Shown piece after piece: positions 54,284 through 64,000 of a DNA stretch of 64,000 nucleotides. Both the position numbers and the translations under genes were made by a program. The notes beneath the pieces are model-generated. The model was not told the origin of the DNA, did not search any database, and saw only the letters and a program-made list of their open reading frames with translations. This DNA is from Lytechinus pictus (Eukaryota), in the NCBI RefSeq assembly GCF_037042905.1, contig NC_087245.1, positions 35,280,001-35,344,000 on the forward strand. The letters are read 5' to 3'. Positions within the stretch are counted from its first letter, which is position 1; every line of letters starts with the position of its first letter.

Positions 54284-55161
54284 CAGGGTTGGCAATTTTT
54301 TTTTCAATAAAAAAAAAATGGATTTATTTGATTTAAATCAGATTAAAAAAATTCTAGATCAGATTTTTTCCTTAAAACAATATTTTCTAAAACAAAGTGG
54401 GTACACCAAAAATATAACCCTTACACTGAAATTATTTTCAAAATCATACATTTCACAACTAAAATTATTATCAACTTCTATGCTATTTCATAATCAAATC
54501 CAGTCAAAATAGAATTTATATAGAATACGCAAGTCATGATGAAGATGCTGTTTCTGCATCCTCTCGTGTAGGGTATTTAGCTCCTACTGACTGGTTTGGT
54601 CCAAGTTGAGGAACTGCCTTGGTACAGCTAATACTGCAAAGTTAGTGTTCCTATTCAAACATGAAATGAGGATCAGTTTCTTTGGAAGAATTCCAAGACT
54701 CAGAGACTCACATTTTCGAAAGAGAAACATTCTTGATTTTCAAGCCAAGGACTGAAAATCATGTGTTTAATAAAGAAAACTACATTTCTTTTTGTTTGTT
54801 TAAACCTTCTTTGGTATTTGAGCCATGGTTGGAGCTTTTTGATTGTTTAAATCAATTATAAAAAAAAAAAATCATAGTGAAAGTGGAGTAGGGGCCTGAG
54901 TGTTAAACCGTTTATAGGCTACATTGCAAGATCAACCTGATTTTATTGACATGATCTCAATTGTTTTTAGTGAATATGAAGCATTTATTTATGTTTTTAT
55001 GATATAAAATTGATATCTTTCTATTTTGAGTGAAAAAATAAAACTGCCACAAATAAAAAACTGTCATTCATTTGCACACATTTCAATGGAAGTGATTTAA
55101 ATCAATGATTTAAAATAAACATAGTGATTTAAATCATCGTTATTTAAATCAGCCAACCCTG
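54284..55161 (+). mobile_element. Non-autonomous hAT transposon with a transposase C-terminal remnant
   Basis: TIR CAGGGTTGGC/GCCAACCCTG; perfect 8-bp TSD CAAGCTAC (54276-54283, 55162-55169); subterminal GATTTAAATC repeats. 54591 onward reads LVWSKLRNCLGTANTAKLVFLFK, resembling the hAT dimerization domain. Confidence 0.92.
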
Positions 55162-55704
55162 CAAGCTACCAAATGATTAACCATCAAGAAACATAGTTTG
55201 ACTGTCGCAAAAAAACAGAGTGCTGGATGTGAAGGTACACATGGTTGAAAAAGAAAGGGTACAGACTCACTAAAAGTACTACAACAACTGAATCTAAAAT
55301 TGACTTGAAGCCCATGTCACATGAATAAGAACTGTCATGCCTCGGTGCCAAGTGATGAACAAGAACCAGTAACAGTAAAAACGGCTGGCATCTGGAGCAA
55401 GGCGTTATGGCCATAAAAGCTTCGAGTCACAAATTTGCAGAAAAACCGTTGGATATGGGACATAATGTTCAACAGAACTTGAAAGCATTCTTTACAGGTG
55501 ACCACAAAGACAGCCCGTGATTGATGATAAAGTCAGGTGATGGCAGAGTGAGTCATGTGATCAGTGCATCGGTGACATTGGAAAGAGGTGGCACCAATAT
55601 TCAAAGGGGGTCTTGATGAATCAATGGTGCTAATGGAATGAATGAATGTTCAGAGTCTTATCAAAGGAATATCAATCTGAGCACCAAACAGATTGATACG
55701 AGCA

Positions 55705-56037
55705 TCAGTCAGACTCCGACGAGTCTTCCTCTACTTCTTCCTCCTCTTCCTCTTCTTCTTCCTCCTCCTCCTCTTCTTCCTCCTCCTCTTCTTCTTCCTC
55801 CGATTCCGATTCTTCCGAGCTGCTGGCATTCCCCTGGGCGTTCTCTCCATCCTCGTCCTCCTCCTCTTCTTCCTCATCATCATCGTCGTCGTCCTCCTCG
55901 TCGTTATCATCGTCGTCATCATCGTCGGTCTCCTCCTCCTCTGATTCAGACTCGGACTCCTCTTCTTCCTCCTCGTCATCATCTGTTTCCTCTTCACTTT
56001 CAACCTCCACCTTGACTGTCTTCTTGGCTAGAGCAGT
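55705..56037 (-). CDS. UBTF: UBF-like protein, terminal coding exon (acidic E/D/S tail)
   Basis: Acceptor TTCCTTTCTGTCTACAG, phase 0; TALAKKTVKVEVESEEE...EEDSSESD* with TGA at 55707-55705. Confidence 0.9.
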   Translation of the reverse strand, partial: TALAKKTVKVEVESEEETDDDEEEEEESESESEEEETDDDDDDDNDEEDDDDDDEEEEEEDEDGENAQGNASSSEESESEEEEEEEEEEEEEEEEEEEEEEVEEDSSESD

Positions 56038-56179
56038 CTGTAGACAGAAAGGAATGCACATAGAATAAAGTAACACTTGTATACAATTAAGTGTCTGGGA
56101 CACTTTTGAGATCATAAACAGCATAAAATATATCCATTTGGACCAGCAAAACTAAAAACAATTATTTATGATTTTTGGT

Positions 56180-56605
56180 TGAAACACAATTTGCATTGAG
56201 TTTGTAAACGAAATCACATTTTGAAGCAATTTTGGGTCAGACATGCACTTACAAAATGTTGCGTAATTTCGGAACTGAGTACCCGGTCGTCGCAAACTTG
56301 GTCTCAAAAGATATGCAAGACTTAAAAGTAAAAATTCCGCGAGTGGCATGGTCAAAAATTTGCGCAGCGAAAATATTGCATGAATTGTTACCCCCCTCGT
56401 CATTTTCTGCGATGAACCTGTAACGCAAAAAGTTCATGCTGCTAAGTTTCATGACATATTTCTTTAAGTCTCGTGCAACTTTTAAGACCAAATTCGCGAC
56501 ATGGGAGTACGCGGTTCTGAAGTTGTTACATTTTGTAAGTGCATGTCAGACCCAAAATTAATCAAAAACATGATTTCATGTACAAATCCGATGCAAATTA
56601 TGTAA
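56180..56605. mobile_element. Intronic foldback/MITE with long imperfect inverted arms
   Basis: 56228-56259 and 56528-56559 match 31/32 as an inverted repeat; weaker similarity extends both ways. Confidence 0.8.
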
Positions 56606-56764
56606 GTAGCCAGAATTCATAAATGTATCAAATTTTATTCGTATTGATTTGAAGCAAAAATATTTCATGTTATTTCTGAATGAAATAGTGTTGCCGATGA
56701 TTTCTATTGAAAAAACGACGAAAAACATTAAGTCGAAAAACAAATAAAAAAGAAATGAATAAAA

Positions 56765-57522
56765 ATAAGTGGAATGCCTCTAGCAGTCTCACCTGCATCA
56801 CCCGATTCAATATAGCAGCAGTGCTGACTTTGAAAACTACTATAACTTGCACAAGATGTTCAGTGATACTTGGTTACTCTTATGTACACGTTTTATGAAC
56901 TAGACCAATACACTTACAGAGATATGATGGTAATTCAACAAATACCCCCAACATGGCCAAAGTTCATTGATCTTACATGACCTTTGACCTTGAACATGTG
57001 ACCTAAAACTCGCACAGGATGTTCAGTGATACTTGATTACTCTTATGTCCAAGTTTCATGAGTCAGATCCATAAACTTTCAAAGTTATAATGGTAATTCA
57101 ACCGATACCCCCAATTCGGCCAAAGTTCATTGACCCTAAATGACCTTTGACCTTGGTCATGTGACGTGAAACTAGTGCAGGATGTTAGTGATACTTGATT
57201 AACCTTATGTCCAAGTTTCATGAACTAGGTCCATATATTTTCTAAGTTATGATGACATTTAAAAAACTTAACCTTAGGTTAAGTTTTTGATGTTGATTCC
57301 CCCAACATGGTCTAAGTTCATTGACCCTAAATGACCTTTGACCTTGGTCATGTGACATGAAACTCAGGCAGGATGTTCAGTAATACTTGATTAACCTTAT
57401 GGCCAAGTTTCATAAACTAGGTCATTTCAAAAACTTAACCTTCGGTTAAGATTTGGTGTTGACGCCGCCGCCACCGTCAGAAAAGCGGCGCCTATAGTCT
57501 CACTCTGCTATGCAGGTGAGAC
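56765..57522. mobile_element. Helentron-associated (HINE-like) non-autonomous element with internal tandem repeats
   Basis: Subterminal inverted repeat GTCTCACCTGCAT (56786) / ATGCAGGTGAGAC (57510-57522), terminal hairpin GTCTCAC..GTGAGAC, A-run flanks, three ~160-190-bp repeats containing TGACCTTTGACCTT. Confidence 0.7.
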
Positions 57523-57790
57523 AAAAAACCAATAAAATACATAAGAAAAAAAAGTTGATACTGCCATTTTTATATATTTGATAATAATCTTAAGAAGAGT
57601 GTCCAGACCAAAAACTAGCAGATTTGGGGCTGTATGTAAGGATTTTATGCATTAATTAGCATAATCAATAAAAAATAAATTTGAATAATTTTGGTACAAC
57701 AACAATTGAATTGTGGAGATTACATCACTGGTGACGCCAATTTTTGTTGTGATCGCATGATCAACGACCGAGATTTGAGGGGAAGGGTCT

Positions 57791-58466
57791 ATTTCTGCTA
57801 GTCTATGGAAAGCCACAGAAATGTACCTTGAAACAATACAATCAATTTTACAATTGAACTTATCTGCAAGTCTATGGGAAAGCCACAGATCTGTGCCTTG
57901 AAACAATACAATCAATTGTACAATTGAACTTATCTGCAAGTCTATGGGAAAGCCACAGATCTGTGCCTTGAAACAATACAATCAATTGTACAATTGAACT
58001 TATCTGCAAGTCTATGGGAAAGCCACAGATCTGTGCCTTGAAACAATACAATCAATTGTATAACAGAACCTATCTGCTAGTCTATGGAAAGCCACAGATC
58101 TGTGCCTTGAAACAATACAATCAATTGTACAATTGAACTTATCTGCAAGTCTATGGGAAAGCCACAGATCTGTGCCTTGAAACAATACAATCAATTGTAT
58201 AACAGAACCTATCTGCTAGTCTATGGAAAGCCACAGATCTGTGCCTTGAAACAATACAATCAATTGTACAATTGAACTTATCTGCAAGTCTATGGGAAAG
58301 CCACAGATCTGTGCCTTGAAACAATACAATCAATTGTACAACAGAACCTATCTGCTAATCTATGGAAAGCCACAGATCTGTGCCTTGAAACAATACAATC
58401 AATTGTACAACAGAACTTATCTGCTAGTCTATGGAAAGCTACAGATCTGTGCCTTGAAACAATACA
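57791..58466. repeat. Intronic minisatellite, 69/70-bp unit, ~10 copies
   Basis: CTATGG(G)AAAGC recurs at 57803, 57872, 57942, 58012, 58082, 58151, 58221, 58290, 58360, 58429. Confidence 0.97.
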
Positions 58467-58570
58467 TCTGCAAATCTAAGGAAAGCTTTGAACAAAAAAA
58501 ATAAGTTACAATCAATTTGTGTTACCCCCTCCCCTCCCTTCTAGTCCACAGTTTAATCCTGATTACATAC

Positions 58571-58657
58571 CCTTGGTGCTTTCTTGAGGAGTTTCTGCCT
58601 CATGGCTGGCTTGGTCTCCATCTCAATAAACCTGGCTCTGTCTTCTTCATTTAGAGT
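58571..58657 (-). CDS. UBTF: UBF-like protein, coding exon (87 bp)
   Basis: TTTTATGAACAG|...|GTATGT; TLNEEDRARFIEMETKPAMRQKLLKKAPR, phase 0/0; resembles vertebrate SLSPQDRAAY after the last HMG box. Confidence 0.88.
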
Positions 58658-59094
58658 CTGTTCATAAAATGGGTAGGTCAAGTTCATTATCTGATACATA
58701 CACCACAAATACATAGCACAGACAATCATCAATGGACAATTCCACAAAGTCATAAATAATGACAATATTTCATTTTTATATAGCACTTATCACATGGGAA
58801 CAGCATCTATATTAAAGTGTATTCTGGCTTGCCAGTATCTTTATTCCCTTGGCAGAATGTAATGCTATTAAAGTACCATGGCTTCAGTAGTTGAAATTAA
58901 GAAAGAAAGAAAAAAAAAACCAGAGAAAAATGGCGGTCAGACATACAAAAAGGTTGACTATTTCATGAAGTTTCCCTATCCCGAAAATGTTATTTTTGGA
59001 AAATAAAATCCTTTTTTAAATGTTTTAATATGATTTAAAACATGTCTTTAAAAAAAAAAGAATTTTAGGTGCTACACCTGTCTACTGAAATTAC

Positions 59095-59284
59095 CTTCTT
59101 GTATTTCTCTAAGAGCTTCTTATATTCTTTGATTGCCTTCTCTTTCTTAGCTTCATATTTCTTCTTTTCCATTGCACTGATGGTTTTCCACCTCTTGGCA
59201 ACTTCCTTGAACCTCTCCTTCTGATCAATCCCCTTCAGTTCAGGGGCCTTCAGCATGGCACATGAAAAGTACCTGTATGCACTC
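59095..59284 (-). CDS. UBTF: UBF-like protein, last HMG box exon (190 bp)
   Basis: ATGACAG|...|GTAATT; SAYRYFSCAMLKAPELKGIDQKERFKEVAKRWKTISAMEKKKYEAKKEKAIKEYKKLLEKYKK, a clear HMG box; phase 2/0. Confidence 0.93.
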
Positions 59285-59786
59285 CTGTCATGTAAAAACA
59301 AGAATAATCTCAATTTATTCAACACTAACAACAATTGCCATATGTATTCAAAAGCTCACTGCCATTGCTCTTCTCTCATGGAAACGGATAAGATTTGATC
59401 GTTGATTTGTGAAGAGTTAACATCAACATAAAATTGGCAGCGTAAATTTGTCTGTTTTTCAAATGAAAGTTGATGCATGGAGCAAGTAAGTCTTGGTGAG
59501 CGCTTCGAGAACTTTACAAGAAAATAACAGCGAATTCTGAAGCTCTTGTTAAACTTATCTCCCTAAGACTAACAATGTCAAATACCAAACTTTAATAAGT
59601 TTGAGAGCATAATGTGCAAAACTGGGATTGATTATTGATTTTGCATTTTAAGGTAAATATTCTTGATCATCACTTATTACAGCTTCTGAATTTGACATCT
59701 TTGTAACCAGAAAATGTTACCAATAAACATTGATTAGAAATAAAGTATGAAGAGTAAATAACTAAATTATAGATATAAGAACTTAC

Positions 59787-59839
59787 TCAAATGGCTTCTT
59801 TGGTGCATTTAACCATAGCTGCCGAAGTCTGTCATTTTG
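59787..59839 (-). CDS. UBTF: UBF-like protein, coding exon (53 bp)
   Basis: TTTAACAG|...|GTAAGT; QNDRLRQLWLNAPKKPF(E) supplies the PKKP start of the HMG box; phase 0/2 fits the next exon. Confidence 0.9.
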
Positions 59840-60254
59840 CTGTTAAATGGAAATTGTAATAAAATGATAAATTAAATTAAATATTTGGCCACACGACAAT
59901 ACTTGAAAATGAATACTGACAAAACCAATATACATAAAATTCTATTATTTCTCAGGATAATCATTTGTTTCATTTTGTTATATTTCGACAAGAAGCAATG
60001 CGTGATATTTGTGAAAATAAGACAAGTGAATTTTTATGTCATTACTTTGTTCATTGCATGTTTGCACAGTCGACAATAAGATCAACTTGCAAACTCCTTA
60101 AGATGACACAGGATACCATTGTAAATTTGAGTAAAATAAATATCATTGGCCACGATATTATCACTGTTGATTGGTTATCTTGTACGAGCTATTACATCAA
60201 GCTGTAAGATGTATTGTTTGGTCCAATATATTTCATAGATAGTCCCATACATAC

Positions 60255-60365
60255 CTCAATTTGTTTGTTTAGCGTTGTTGATTGCTTGACCCAAGTTGAT
60301 TTCATTCCTTTGTCTAGTAGATCCCACTGAGTCCTCAGCTGAGCAAGCGCTTTTGACTTGGACAT
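60255..60365 (-). CDS. UBTF: UBF-like protein, coding exon (111 bp), second half of penultimate HMG-like box
   Basis: TTTTTTCACTCCTAG|...|GTATGT; MSKSKALAQLRTQWDLLDKGMKSTWVKQSTTLNKQIE, resembling UBF KALKAMEMTWNNMEKKEKLMWIKK; phase 0/0. Confidence 0.88.
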
Positions 60366-60470
60366 CTAGGAGTGAAAAAATATACTTGAAATAAAACAAG
60401 GGAAAGTGGAGAAAATCATGAATGATTAGTTCTTCTTAAATTTCTAGTTATGGAACAGGGATAATATGTG

Positions 60471-60875
60471 CAGACCTGCCAACCTTCTACAAAATAAAAT
60501 TATCCTTAGAAGGAAAAAAAAAAAAAATTGACAAAAAAAAAGTATTAAAAAAAATTTGTCTCAACGTAACAATCGACAGCCTGTTGTAGTGAGATCGGTG
60601 TAAAAAAACCATGTGAAATGACTCTACTTGAAAACTTGATAATTCACCCTTTTAAACATATGCTCGTAGGCAAGAATTTACTTGTTCTTTTCATGCAACA
60701 AGTTACTGGCCCGACTGATTTTTACCAGCCTGGGACTGTGTCACGCACTGTGTATAATACATACATCATGATTGGAAATTCTAAAAAAAAGTAAATCATA
60801 CAAAAAAAGTATTGGTGTATTCATAGCAAAAAAAGAGGAACAAATACTCTAAAAAGGGAACGGTTGGCATGTCTG
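60471..60875. mobile_element. Intronic MITE (hAT-like termini)
   Basis: TIR CAGACCTGCCAACC / GGTTGGCATGTCTG (13/14); flanks AATATGTG / AATATGAG. Confidence 0.8.
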
Positions 60876-61227
60876 AATATGAGAGTAGGACTTCAATACT
60901 TCAGGCAATTCCAGAAAATTATCTTTTTGTATATTGAACGCCAATTTACCTCATCTTTCCTTCACGCTGTGAACGAAGCAAGTCATGGTTATATCACAGC
61001 ATCAAAACTTCAAATGAACTATCTACAAAACAGATGTAAAGAAGGGAAGGTCTCAATAGGAAGGGGGTTGGGCCTACTCTTTTCATGGAATTAATGATCC
61101 ATTTCATTTCTATGATTCATGAAGAATTAATTGATAATCATGGAAATATTTCCAATGAAATACAATTTACAAATACAGGCAATCAATGAGGGGGGGGGGG
61201 GGTTATCAATCATTAAAGCGAGTATAG

Positions 61228-61657
61228 CAGACCTGCAAACCTCTGGGAATGAAAAACTGTATTCTGTGATTAAAAAAACTGTATTTTACCCCAAAAAAGT
61301 GTATTTCATAATAAAATGCTTGGCGCACTCGCTCATCGCGGCGCTCAAGCTGCATGCAAGCTAAAATGCGCACTGCTCTTACAGATGAAAAAAAAAAACA
61401 TTAAAACATGTGTATATCTTCACCCTGGTTTGAACAAAATGATTGAAAAAAAAAAAAAGTTACCTGAAATTACATTGATCTAATAACCATATTTGTGCAC
61501 GTTTTATGAAATAGAGACATAAAGAGATTATTTTTCTCAATAAATTACGATTTAGTTATAAAAAAAAACACGTATTTTTCAAAGAAAAAACGTACTGCCG
61601 TATTTTGGTTGCAAAAACGTACTAAATACGGCTAAAACGTACTGGTTGGCAGGTCTG
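61228..61657. mobile_element. Intronic MITE with the same termini as the 60471 element
   Basis: TIR CAGACCTGCAAACC / GGTTGGCAGGTCTG (13/14); perfect 6-bp direct repeat GTATAG on both sides. Confidence 0.82.
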
Positions 61658-61687
61658 GTATAGCAATCACATCAAACCCAGACTTAC

Positions 61688-61775
61688 TTCTTTGATGTAG
61701 GCTGGTAGTTTATCAGCAATCCACAAATCTTTTCCTGTTGTCTTTCCATTCAGATTTAGCTCAAATTTCTCAGCA
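61688..61775 (-). CDS. UBTF: UBF-like protein, coding exon (88 bp)
   Basis: TTTATTTACAG|...|GTAAGT; AEKFELNLNGKTTGKDLWIADKLPAYIKE; phase 2/0 consistent with both neighbours. Confidence 0.85.
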
Positions 61776-61931
61776 CTGTAAATAAATCAAGAAATACATT
61801 CGTAAAGCGATAAAATTCTACTCGATTCATCAATAACTCAATCAGTTTCGAACTAAATCAGTAAGGTACAAACCAATTCTATCCTGCACTCACTCAGTCA
61901 AGAATTTATTTGATTGACCTGCTGACCAACC

Positions 61932-62202
61932 ATTCACTCACTCACTCTCACTCACCCACCCACCCACCCACCCACTCACTCACTCACCCACCCACCCACT
62001 CACTCACTCACCCACCCAATCACTCACCACACTCACCCACTCACTCACCACACCCACCCACCCACTCACACTCACCCACCCACCCACCCACCCACCCACT
62101 CACTCACTCACTCACTCACTCACTCACTCACTCACTCACTCTCACTCACCCACCCACTCACTCACCCACCCACCCACTCACTCACTCATCCACCATTCAC
62201 TC
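61932..62202. repeat. (CACT/CACC)n tetranucleotide microsatellite
   Basis: Mixed CACT and CACC runs over ~270 bp within a 453-bp intron. Confidence 0.97.
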
Positions 62203-62228
62203 AGTATCATCATAATCTATAGTGATAC

Positions 62229-62344
62229 CTTGCAGGGCTCTTGGCTGCTTTCTCTGAAGCAAGCTTAGCCTTCTTGGAACTTGGCATTCTACGAATACTG
62301 TTTAATTCTGCAAGACACTTCTCCTTTTCACCTGGTGGTAGTTT
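62229..62344 (-). CDS. UBTF: UBF-like protein, linker exon (116 bp)
   Basis: TTTTGTTTTCTCCAG|...|GTATCA; KLPPGEKEKCLAELNSIRRMPSSKKAKLASEKAAKSPA(S); phase 0/2. Confidence 0.85.
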
Positions 62345-62978
62345 CTGGAGAAAACAAAACAAAACATGATGTTGTTCAAGAAAACCTGATGATGGTAACA
62401 CTAAGCCTTTTCCAGAAACAAATGAATTCAGATTATAACTATTAATTTTGTGTTAGAAACTGGTTTCTTTTTCATGCTTTCTCAATAGCAATGAGGAGAC
62501 TATTTCATGAAAGTTGTCAGCACTAACAAGTTGCCTTTGTATGACAGAAATACATGAGAAATTAAAAAAGTAAAAAATAAAATTTTTTTTTTTTAGTACA
62601 TTTGATAAAAACCTACGAAGAGTCTGTGAATAAAAACTTGGCCTTTTTGAGTCTTTATTTAGTCAATCAAAGCAAACCTTTGATTTTAGGCATAAATTAG
62701 CATAATAAATTAGTCACAAATTTTTTCAAAGAAGTTGATTCAGCGGTTTGGTAGATTATGCCATGGGTAATGTACGTGCCCATCATGCGAGTGACAATCG
62801 AGATGAGTCTTCTTAGGTGTAAAAACATCCCAGTACTTATAAGAAACTATAAAAAATAGTTCTGTAAGTGTAAATTTATTCACATACCGTAGAATGTGAA
62901 TATACAATACAAAAGTATTGTAGTGAGGGACTGGTAATATAAGTTATTACAGGGGAAGACACTGGTATGTATATTTAC

Positions 62979-63020
62979 CTCAATATATTTCTCAAGTTCT
63001 CTTTCATAATGCTCCTTCAT
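62979..63020 (-). CDS. UBTF: UBF-like protein, coding exon (42 bp), end of an HMG box; gene continues upstream
   Basis: ATCAACAG|...|GTAAAT; MKEHYERELEKYIE, resembling UBF KKDYEVELLRFLE before (S)LPEEEQ; phase 0/0. Confidence 0.8.
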
Positions 63021-63329
63021 CTGTTGATCATGGAATAAAAATAATACAAATTACTCATTTATGACAAACAATCCACCATTGCATTCATGAACTACCTACA
63101 GCCTTATTGCGTATTCAAACCCTTGTGCCAAGGGATTTTTACACACATGTCACAAACATAAATTCACATGCATATCACTTGAAGTTCAACCTATCTTTTC
63201 ACACCGACTATGAATTAAATAAATTCATCTTCCCCATCAACTCACACCTCAAGATATGCTTCAGTAAAGCAACTGTTTCTTCAGTCATTAAAACTAAGTG
63301 TCATCCCAATCTCCCCCAAACACTTTCTT

Positions 63330-63390
63330 CTGTAAGTTGCCAATTTGAATTTAAATGATCTGTAAGTTGCCAATTTGAATTCAAATGATC
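63330..63390. repeat. 30-bp tandem duplication
   Basis: CTGTAAGTTGCCAATTTGAATT(T/C)AAATGAT twice. Confidence 0.9.
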
Positions 63391-64000
63391 AACCCCAATA
63401 CAGACAAATCTCAGGGAGAGCACCATCTATAAGCCTGTTCAGGGTTGTAAACTGCGCACGAGCAGAAAAAGGTCATTGGAGACAACCATGAAGGTGGCTT
63501 TCAAATTCACTGACATAGGCATTTGTGATTTGATTATTATTCATGTATTCCTTTCAAAATATTTATCACATCAAAGCTGAAGAGTAATAAATAGAGCTTT
63601 CATAATCACTGGTATTTGACAGTAGCCTAAACAATAGTCAAATGTGTCAAAGGCAGACAATGAAACAGATTTCCAAACTTTATCCCTGATGTACTATTCT
63701 AGTCACCTGGTCTATACAATGCCTTTTGTTCTTAGAATTTGAATACTCTACCGGTAAAGCTTACGCAACATGTACATTTGAAAATGATAGTGCTTATCCT
63801 AATGAAAAATCTCAAAGGTCATTTGAGAAAAGTTGATCATGAGCTAACCGTGAACTGGCTTATTGTCCACAGGCAAAGATTTCAACATTAAGGTGCTGTT
63901 TGTGAAGTAGGGGGTATGAAGAGTGTAGAGTAATCCTTCAAACTGACAACATGGCCCCGCCTTACAAAGAGTTCCGAATGTACAATCAATCATAACTCTA

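Noticed and set aside
55638..56015. Pro/His-rich, hydrophobic and Arg/Lys-rich ORFs overlapping the acidic exon
   Set aside because: Alternative frames and antisense shadows of the low-complexity GAR/GAY tail.
57791..58466. CRISPR-like regular repeats
   Set aside because: No unique spacers (whole units repeat), eukaryotic intron context, no cas genes.
61910..62215. His/Thr/Pro-rich 101-aa ORF
   Set aside because: Translation of the (CACT/CACC)n microsatellite.
63707..63760. Possible further UBTF exon ending CCAG|GTGACT
   Set aside because: Translation lacks the expected HMG helix pattern and no convincing acceptor was found.

Overview
AT-rich animal genomic DNA; the repeat families resemble those I recall from sea urchins, but this taxonomic call is an inference. 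Bases 1-45716 are the right-hand end of a tandem array with 20 copies in the window of a ~2.19-kb, apparently non-coding unit. Each unit has ~1.9 kb of complex sequence plus a variable compound (CTA)n microsatellite. The array is layered: A/B variant units, a 6576-bp three-unit higher-order repeat, a run of near-identical monomers, and four older diverged copies at the edge. One unit carries a private 256-bp retroelement-tail insertion. Bases 45717-55700 hold nested transposon remnants, including a 5'-truncated CR1/L2-group LINE with an open RT frame, MITEs and a hAT derivative with an 8-bp TSD. Bases 55705-63020 (minus strand) contain the last eight coding exons of a UBF/UBTF-like multi-HMG-box protein with an acidic tail; they splice GT-AG into a 339-aa frame that seems to lack mammalian HMG box 4. 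Its introns hold MITEs, a Helentron-like element and a palindrome-rich 69/70-bp minisatellite. I recognised no known RNA gene or protein in the array unit, so its function is unresolved.
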